Shown: positions 57,355 to 64,000 of the stretch, one piece after another
Numbering within the stretch: position 1 is the first letter of the stretch
Layout: each line of letters begins with the position of its first letter
Source of the DNA: a virus
Reading direction: 5' to 3' (one strand)
IMG/VR virus record: IMGVR_UViG_3300046820_003928
Coordinates: 64,001 to 128,000 of that record
DNA length: 64,000 bases
The notes under the pieces: model-generated
Databases searched by the model: none
The model's input: the letters and a program-made list of their open reading frames with translations, nothing else
What the model was told of the DNA's origin: nothing
Translations under genes and position numbers: made by a program

Positions 57355-58154
57355 AGTTTTAACCAGGTTTCAGGTATTAGATCAGAAGAATTTAGATGTT
57401 CTAGATTCTTTCCAAACCACTGCTGCGGTGCTATGACTATCTTTTCAGGATTAGTATTAAGCCACGCACCCCACCAAGAAAAAGATGAGTTAGCTATGAT
57501 ATTATGCGCACACTTAGACATCAAAGACATCTCCATGTAATCCTTGTTTTCACTCGAGAACATAATATCTTTCTTAAAATCACTTTCTTTAAAATTTTTT
57601 TTGCACCATTCAATATCATCACTAAAGATCATGACATGATCTATTTTTGCACCAATTTGATTAATAGAATTAATGTAGTATTCTTTTGAGATAACTGGAT
57701 GATTTTCACTAAACTTTAGATAATCTCCCCTTCTTATATGAATTGAACACGTCTTTTTTAAATCAAAATTATTATATTTTGAAATATCAATGCAATCTGT
57801 GTCAAAGATTTTAACTATATCATCCCTTGAATCTATAAAGTACTTTTCACTTTGAAAAAATCCGTCAAATAGCATTCCATCTCTAATATCATTAAATTGG
57901 ACATAGTGAAATGGAAAATTAACTTGATATTGAGGCGGGTTATGAACACTTTCATCGATATTTTTTATGAATCTTCGATACTCGTGCGAATAATGACAGT
58001 TTTGATTGTGTATCTTGTCATTTTTTAAATTTTCTATGTGATTACTAAAATTTGGAAAAGAGCATGAGATGCCCGATCTTTTAGAAAAACTATTCATGGC
58101 TGCTATTTGAAACATCATGTTTCCTAGCCCACCCTTTAGATTGCAGTAAATCAT
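57351..58154 (-). CDS. GT11 alpha-1,2-fucosyltransferase-like protein
   Basis: GGLGNMMFQ, GFFQSEKYF, HIRRGDY, IIANSSFSWWGAWL. Confidence 0.92.
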   Translation of the reverse strand: MIYCNLKGGLGNMMFQIAAMNSFSKRSGISCSFPNFSNHIENLKNDKIHNQNCHYSHEYRRFIKNIDESVHNPPQYQVNFPFHYVQFNDIRDGMLFDGFFQSEKYFIDSRDDIVKIFDTDCIDISKYNNFDLKKTCSIHIRRGDYLKFSENHPVISKEYYINSINQIGAKIDHVMIFSDDIEWCKKNFKESDFKKDIMFSSENKDYMEMSLMSKCAHNIIANSSFSWWGAWLNTNPEKIVIAPQQWFGKNLEHLNSSDLIPETWLKL

Positions 58155-58909
58155 CTATTTTTTTCAATTGTGTTGTATGGATTTCTTGTTCGAATGAGTC
58201 TGTCAACTCTATTCTGGTCATCTGCGTTAATTACATCATCACTGATTGGATTCCACCTATTATAGACATAAAGAATATTTGGAATATAGACAAAATTTCC
58301 TCCTGACATTTCAAGCATAGGAATCATAAATGAGACGTCCCATCCGGTTCTGAAATATTCTCCATCTTCGTCTCTCAGATCCTCATCTTTAATGGCATAC
58401 CATAGATGACTTTTAAATGTCCTAAGATGACTTGAAATAAACTTGTAAGATCTATAAGATCCATCCCTAATTACTTCTGGTGGAAAGTTCCTTGGAAAAG
58501 AAGTCTCTCCTGTTGGCCAGTGAATAAAACTTCCGTACGTAAGAAGAGGATTGTTTTTCTCATACACCTGATCAACGAGACTTAGGGAGTACTCACAAAA
58601 AAGATAATCATCCCCATCAACAATCATGAGAACAGATTCAGGATCTTCCTTGCATCCTAGCTGATTAAAACCGTCGACAATATTTTGAAGCGCTTTTTTG
58701 TTTATTGTGTTGTGAACAACAGAGAATCTACTGTCTCCAAAATTCTGGATGAATTCATCTATTTTTTGTCCAGTCCCATCTGTTGATGCATCATTAAAGA
58801 TGATGCACTCATAGTTTGTGTGTGCCTGGTTTCTAATTGAAAAAAGACAGCGCTGTATCCAATTTTCAGTATTATAAGTTGGAACAACTATCTTGAATTT
58901 TGTTGTCAT
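58151..58909 (-). CDS. GT2 glycosyltransferase
   Basis: IVVPTYN, NDASTD, VDGDD. Confidence 0.9.
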   Translation of the reverse strand: MTTKFKIVVPTYNTENWIQRCLFSIRNQAHTNYECIIFNDASTDGTGQKIDEFIQNFGDSRFSVVHNTINKKALQNIVDGFNQLGCKEDPESVLMIVDGDDYLFCEYSLSLVDQVYEKNNPLLTYGSFIHWPTGETSFPRNFPPEVIRDGSYRSYKFISSHLRTFKSHLWYAIKDEDLRDEDGEYFRTGWDVSFMIPMLEMSGGNFVYIPNILYVYNRWNPISDDVINADDQNRVDRLIRTRNPYNTIEKNR

Positions 58910-59622
58910 CTTTCTTCTCTATTTGTGCTAGTATTTCTTCTGTAGAGATAAGGAGATTCTGCAAGAATAGAAGTCGATCTAAGGCTCAATGTAACTCTTG
59001 AATTGAAATCAGAATCTTCACTATGCAAAACTCTAATTCCAATTTCGGGCGGATTAAATCTAAATCCAATATCCCATATCTGCTTAATGAACATTGCGCT
59101 TACACCTGCTGTCTCAAAATCTCCAGTAAAGTAATGATTAATTCCAGGTGTTTGGAATCCAAAAGCAACAGCAGCAGAGACATCACTTGGCCCTATGATC
59201 TTCAAAGATTCTGGCTTCTTTAGAGAAGAACCTTCAAGAACGTCTTTTTCATTCCAGCAGTGCTTAAATCCACAAAGATTGTGGATTGTGTTTGTCTCTT
59301 TCATTGCTGCAATCTGCGATGAGATCCTCCAGGAAAGAGAAACATCATCTGCATCGTGAGCTGTACAGATTGATGCGTTAGTTGTTGAAAATGCAACGTT
59401 AAGAGCGTTCCACTTACCAGAGTTCTTTTCAAGTCCTATGAATCTTATCCTGGGATCAGAGAAAGATCCTACGATATCTCGAACCTGATCTCTATCATCC
59501 GAGAAATCGTCAATAATTGCGATATCAAGATTTTGATAATCTTGGGACAGAATGCTCTTGATCGACTCTTTAAGATATGATTGATGATTGTAGTTGCAAA
59601 TTGCAACGCAAACCTTGCTCAT
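58906..59622 (-). CDS. GT2 glycosyltransferase
   Basis: AICNYN, IDDFSDD, HDADD, SED. Confidence 0.88.
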   Translation of the reverse strand: MSKVCVAICNYNHQSYLKESIKSILSQDYQNLDIAIIDDFSDDRDQVRDIVGSFSDPRIRFIGLEKNSGKWNALNVAFSTTNASICTAHDADDVSLSWRISSQIAAMKETNTIHNLCGFKHCWNEKDVLEGSSLKKPESLKIIGPSDVSAAVAFGFQTPGINHYFTGDFETAGVSAMFIKQIWDIGFRFNPPEIGIRVLHSEDSDFNSRVTLSLRSTSILAESPYLYRRNTSTNREER

Positions 59623-61451
59623 TCTTCAATTACCAAATGAGGCGTCTTATTGCTCCAGTCGATCTTTCGGTGAAATATGTGTCCACCTAGATCATCTGCA
59701 ATTCTTCGTGCAAGATCTGATATTTCTGCATCTGTTACTTCAGACCAGGGCTTATCAAAGAACATGTTGTTCTCTGCCGTGTCTTCTTGCTTAATATCAT
59801 ACAGGCTTTGCCAGTGTCTCTGCCAGAAGGTCTTATATGTCTTAATCTTCCTCTCTATATCAAACCAGGAATAATGACGAACTGAAGGTAGAACATTTAT
59901 CACATTTCGATACCAAGCTTGGTAAGCTTCCAAGGCTTCTCCGCTCCCATTCAGGGCAGCAGATCTTGCGCGATGAGCCTCTTCTGTGTAAAAATTTGCG
60001 CTCTGGATTGGGTATCCTGTCTCACTGTGAATGTAGTCGCATCCATCAGTTCCCTGCATCGAAAAAAGGTCTCCGTTTTCATCAAATCTTCTTAGCTGAG
60101 CAGGGATTCCGTGTGTAACGTGAGGAAGATTTCTACTAAGTCTCCACTTCCAGGGAGTTATATCCATCCGCACCTTTTCCTTGGATCCCCAATATTCAAC
60201 CACGGGAAGACAAATTAGAGTTGCGCTCTTTGGAAAGTTCTTGCATAGATTTCTAACCTTCTCCCAGTCTGATTCTGGTAGAATCTCATCTGCATCCATC
60301 TGCCAGCAAAAATCACCTGTGCACAGCTTCCTAGCAACTGCCTTCTGGTCGCCGTCAAAGACAGCAAACCGCTTATGATTCCAGTCCCTAATGTTTTGGT
60401 GGATCTTTAGCTTGGGCTCAATTTCTGCCCAAGAGCTTAGGTGCTCCCAGGTTCCGTCAGTAGATCCCCCATCAACAACGACAACCTCATCACAGAATCC
60501 AAGGAGAGATCGTATCGATTCCTCGTAGGGATACTTGTTCTTGATGCAATCAAGTGAGGTTGTGTATCCAGATAGGCTGGGTTCATTCTGTGCTATCTTT
60601 TTGACAACACCCCAGAACACATCAGGCCTGCCCTTAAGATAGTCACAGACGTCATCTGGCGCTGACTGGAACCAGTCTTCACTTGCATGCTGGACGTTTT
60701 CATTGTTGACAACTTGACATCCTAAAAGCTTTGCCTCAATCACCATCCTGGGGCAGGTATCTCCGCCTCGGGGTAGATAAACAAACCCCTCAGATCTAGA
60801 AAGCTTATCAAGAAGCTGGTCATATGGCATATCCCAGACAATCTCATATTCCTTCTTGTTTAGCTTGCACCAATCTTCGGCATCTTCTGCACCTTTAATC
60901 CAGGATTTAGATCCCAATACAACCCATCCTTTTCTGATGGGTCCACCTCGAAGGATCGATAGCTGGTCAATTTTTTCAAAAAAGCTCCTTCCAAACACAG
61001 AACTCAAAACTGTGCTATTTCGATCCTTTAGAAACGGGAATCGATCATAGTATCGACCTCGCTGCTCTTGAGACATCCAGAAGACATGATCTGCTGCATA
61101 ATAGAAAGCAGAGACCATCTTTCCTGTATCTTGATTGTGGCAGTCACAATCTTGTCCCGATTCATGCTTGTGCTTCTCAACAGATCTATACCTGCAGAAC
61201 TTGTAGTCATATTCCAGGACTGAGTATCTTAGATTGGCAGCAATTGCAGGAATTAGATTAAAGTCAATGCTTGCAAAATTTCCAAAAATCCAGACATCAT
61301 CCTTGAATCTCTGGATTGTCTCAAGATTAAGATTTCTGGCGTGGATTTTAACCACCTCAATCGGGCTAGATTCAACAAGTGCCTCTGTTGTAAGCTCCGC
61401 TCCACCTGCATAGTCACTAGAAAAAAGATCTGCTACGAATATTGCTCTCAT
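59619..61451 (-). CDS. Bifunctional glycosyltransferase (GT-B-like N-half + GT2 C-half)
   Basis: GGAE, IKG, DTCPRMVIEAKLLG; then VVVDGGSTDGT and MDADE. Confidence 0.8.
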   Translation of the reverse strand: MRAIFVADLFSSDYAGGAELTTEALVESSPIEVVKIHARNLNLETIQRFKDDVWIFGNFASIDFNLIPAIAANLRYSVLEYDYKFCRYRSVEKHKHESGQDCDCHNQDTGKMVSAFYYAADHVFWMSQEQRGRYYDRFPFLKDRNSTVLSSVFGRSFFEKIDQLSILRGGPIRKGWVVLGSKSWIKGAEDAEDWCKLNKKEYEIVWDMPYDQLLDKLSRSEGFVYLPRGGDTCPRMVIEAKLLGCQVVNNENVQHASEDWFQSAPDDVCDYLKGRPDVFWGVVKKIAQNEPSLSGYTTSLDCIKNKYPYEESIRSLLGFCDEVVVVDGGSTDGTWEHLSSWAEIEPKLKIHQNIRDWNHKRFAVFDGDQKAVARKLCTGDFCWQMDADEILPESDWEKVRNLCKNFPKSATLICLPVVEYWGSKEKVRMDITPWKWRLSRNLPHVTHGIPAQLRRFDENGDLFSMQGTDGCDYIHSETGYPIQSANFYTEEAHRARSAALNGSGEALEAYQAWYRNVINVLPSVRHYSWFDIERKIKTYKTFWQRHWQSLYDIKQEDTAENNMFFDKPWSEVTDAEISDLARRIADDLGGHIFHRKIDWSNKTPHLVIEE

Positions 61452-61490
61452 TTGTATACATTATTTCAAACTAGATCTAGCGTATACAGG

Positions 61491-61516
61491 TCCGCCCCGA
61501 TTTGTATCGGGGCGGA
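61491..61516 (-). terminator. Perfect 11-bp GC-rich hairpin after the fibre gene (no U-tract)
   Basis: TCCGCCCCGAT-acaa-ATCGGGGCGGA, 13 nt after the stop. Confidence 0.55.
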
Positions 61517-61529
61517 ACCTAAAGAGAGA

Positions 61530-63215
61530 TTAGATTTCTTCCATTAGGAATTTGTATCTCTTTCCTGTCTTATTGTTGGTGATAGACAGGAAAGTCTCTT
61601 CCTCGATGACTGTCCAGTCACCGCGGTCGTTACGAAGGTGAAGGTCACCGGTATACATGTTACGCCAGCGCTTAGTTGGAGATCCAAGATCAAACGAAAT
61701 GTCCGAGCCTGGCTCCAGGGATCCGCTTACCGAAACTAGCGTTGTTCCAGCTGTAGACCCGAGATTAATGTTGGTTGTAGATCCGGCCAGACCTCCAGTT
61801 CCAAAATTAAGAGTCTTTGTAGTGGCAGTCGCTGTTGCGCCTGTTCCAATGTTGTAGGTTGAAGATCCGGTTGAGGCAGTTCCAAGGTTTAGCGTCTGTG
61901 CAACAGTTGCAACGTTTCCAATTGCAAGAGTCGTTGCTGCTCCTGCAAAGTTAACAGTAGTTGCATTTGTATTGACGAGGTTGGTGGTAGTTAATCCAGC
62001 TCCTGGATTCATAGTAAGAGTCGTAGAGTTGGGAGAGACAACTGAGAATGCTGGTGATCCGTCTCTCTGGAATACGACACCAGAAGTTCCCGCCTTCAGG
62101 TAGAGAACGCTACCAGTTAGAGCAGTCTCTGCAGTGCTTCCTAGAATAGCACCTTTTGATGATTGAGCAATAAATCGAATTGCATTAACCGACTCAGCGT
62201 AAGATCCTGACTGAACTCGAAGTATGTTTGTTGCATTCTCTTGGAACTGAACAAATTGACCTGTTCCAAACTGAAGATTAATTGCATTGGAGGCAGAGAC
62301 TGCAAGATCTGATCCATCAAGTTTCAGAGCGTTTGTTGCTCCAGCAACTTGGAACTGAGAAGCTCTAATCGGGGTCGGAGTATATCCGGTTGCATCCCCG
62401 ATTGTTCCTTCTGTGACATCTTGTCTTCCTGCTCCCCAAGTATTTGTGTCAACCTTGACAAAAACAAGGGCTTGATTAGCAACGTCTGATCCTGAAGCTA
62501 TTGCAACTCCCCCATAGGAAACAACGCCAGGAGAGGATGCGCTTGCAATATAAATCAGCTTATCTTTAACTGTAAGATTTTCAGTATTGATCGTTGTTGT
62601 CGTTCCATTAACAACAAGATTTCCTGGAAGGATTACGCTGCTTCCTACAAAAGTAACAGCTGTATCTCCAGTGCTAGACTTGATTGCGTTTCCATTAAGC
62701 TTTAGAGACCCAGAAACTGAGAGATCTCCCGATGTCTCTGCGAGAATAACCTGATTTCCAGATCCGTTTTTGATAGAGAAAGAACCCGATGTTACGACAG
62801 AGCCCGTGGTAAAGGCCTCACCAGCAGTAACTGAATTCCAGTATGATGGCTGAGCGTGAGAACCTACAATTATCTCAGAGAGTGAAATATCTCCGCTTGA
62901 GTCAGCAAATGTAAGACCTTCCGTTCCGCTAAAAATCTGAGCGATTCCACCCTGGAACTTGATATCATTGGAAGTAATTGTTATAGAGCCAGTTCCTACT
63001 GTTAGAGATCCGCTTACTACGGTGTCTCCTCCAAAGACTGAAACTCCTGAAGTTCCTTTTCCTCCCCTTGATCCGCTTACAAAGAAATCAACATCATTGC
63101 CTGGCATTGCAGGAAATGGATTTGAACGCGGGTTTGCTATCCTGACTGATCCTGTTATTCCAATGCGCCAAGAGTCAGAACTACTTCCCGAGATATTATT
63201 GGTAATGAGAGCCAT
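61530..63215 (-). CDS. Fibre-like virion protein with a conserved YTGDLHL C-terminal module
   Basis: G/S/T-rich; GNLVVNGTTTTINTENLTVKD; DLGSPTKRWRNMYTGDLHLRNDRGDWT; AGGAG RBS. Confidence 0.75.
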   Translation of the reverse strand: MALITNNISGSSSDSWRIGITGSVRIANPRSNPFPAMPGNDVDFFVSGSRGGKGTSGVSVFGGDTVVSGSLTVGTGSITITSNDIKFQGGIAQIFSGTEGLTFADSSGDISLSEIIVGSHAQPSYWNSVTAGEAFTTGSVVTSGSFSIKNGSGNQVILAETSGDLSVSGSLKLNGNAIKSSTGDTAVTFVGSSVILPGNLVVNGTTTTINTENLTVKDKLIYIASASSPGVVSYGGVAIASGSDVANQALVFVKVDTNTWGAGRQDVTEGTIGDATGYTPTPIRASQFQVAGATNALKLDGSDLAVSASNAINLQFGTGQFVQFQENATNILRVQSGSYAESVNAIRFIAQSSKGAILGSTAETALTGSVLYLKAGTSGVVFQRDGSPAFSVVSPNSTTLTMNPGAGLTTTNLVNTNATTVNFAGAATTLAIGNVATVAQTLNLGTASTGSSTYNIGTGATATATTKTLNFGTGGLAGSTTNINLGSTAGTTLVSVSGSLEPGSDISFDLGSPTKRWRNMYTGDLHLRNDRGDWTVIEEETFLSITNNKTGKRYKFLMEEI

Positions 63216-63241
63216 TCAATTCTCCTTGAATTCTTAGCTAA

Positions 63242-64000
63242 TTATCTTTCATCAAACTCTGGAGCCGGCTCAAGAACAAATCTGTATCTTTTTCCTGACT
63301 TATTAAATCTAATTGTGAGACAGTCTTCTTCTTCGATTAAAGTGTAGTCTCCACGATCATTTCGAAGGTGGAGGTCTCCGGTGTAGACATTTGCAAATCT
63401 ATTTGAAGCCGAGCCAAGATCTATAGTTCTGTCTCCGACTGGAATGATGTCAGAAGAAATTCTGGCTTGAATTGAAAGAGTATTTGACAGGCTATTTCCA
63501 ATAACAGTAGATCCCGAGACGACAAGATCTCCTCCGAAGACTGAGACTCCTGATGTTCCAATTCCACCAGAGGATCCTGAAACAAAGAAAAATACATCGG
63601 AGCCTTTTGAATCTGCTGAGGTATTAATTCCTACAGCAACCGATCCCGTGGAATAGATCTTATTTAAGGACGCCTCAGACCAATAAGAGGCTCCTCCTCC
63701 GCCTGCAGTTGAATTAATTGTTATTTGACCGTTTGATGCAGTCGTAATTGTGACGTTTGTTCCTGCTACAAGATACGGTAATCCAGCAGCAGTTCTCTGT
63801 AGAGATCCAGACATATCAGAATCAAAGACAGCACGGCTGGTTACCCTGGCATAATCAAAAGATCCTGTCAAAGAAACGGCTTCCAGCCATTTTCTAGAAG
63901 GAATTCCCAGCGAAAAAAGACTTGTTGATGAGGGAATTATGTTTGAATTAACTCTTCCAACAAAAGAGACAAGGTCTCCAGATGTCTCGCCAAAAGTAGT
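63242..64000 (-). CDS. Fibre-like virion protein, 5'-partial; paralog of 61530-63215
   Basis: Frame stays open past the track start (63871) to the window edge (TTFGETSGDLVSFVGRVNSNIIP...); shares two blocks with its neighbour. Confidence 0.75.
   Translation of the reverse strand, partial: TTFGETSGDLVSFVGRVNSNIIPSSTSLFSLGIPSRKWLEAVSLTGSFDYARVTSRAVFDSDMSGSLQRTAAGLPYLVAGTNVTITTASNGQITINSTAGGGGASYWSEASLNKIYSTGSVAVGINTSADSKGSDVFFFVSGSSGGIGTSGVSVFGGDLVVSGSTVIGNSLSNTLSIQARISSDIIPVGDRTIDLGSASNRFANVYTGDLHLRNDRGDYTLIEEEDCLTIRFNKSGKRYRFVLEPAPEFDER

Noticed and set aside
49141-61451. Glycan cluster as a bacterial O-antigen locus or chimeric assembly
   Set aside because: Coupled to phage genes on the same strand, interrupted by a phage exonuclease, and lacking wzx/wzy or a priming transferase
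61530-63600. Similar C-termini as a DGR template/variable repeat pair
   Set aside because: Both copies are coding, differences are not adenine-specific, and no reverse transcriptase is in the window
1-64000. Stop-codon reassignment as in some jumbo phages
   Set aside because: Core genes are full length in the standard code, and TAA, TAG and TGA all end tightly coupled genes

Overview
The window is a dense, entirely minus-strand segment of a large T4-like myovirus (likely jumbo phage) using the standard genetic code. In transcription order (64000->1) it holds: two paralogous fibre-like virion proteins; a ~12 kb glycan cluster (GT2, GT4, GT10, GT11 and NodZ/GT23-like transferases, Gmd, a short DegT-type aminotransferase, acetyltransferase, cupin, SGNH hydrolase) interrupted by a Cas4-like exonuclease; a gp55-like late sigma factor; a baseplate/tail block (gp5-like, gp25, gp6, LamG/FN3 proteins); RuvC-like resolvase, primase and a fused SbcD-SbcC; the head module (terminase, portal, prohead protease, scaffold, major capsid); two homing endonucleases; and a Pol-beta nucleotidyltransferase coupled to an RNA-ligase/HxGH-nucleotidyltransferase fusion. 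The best candidate new systems are all inferred from motifs, with no searches run. (1) The nucleotidyltransferase pair may be a virion-packaged, injected enzyme module: it has a late-promoter motif and a protease-cleavable capsid-targeting-like C-terminal helix. (2) A self-encoded virion glycosylation system may act on S/T-G-S motifs enriched in structural proteins. (3) There appears to be a two-class promoter system with leaderless mRNAs. No tRNA, rRNA or CRISPR array was seen.
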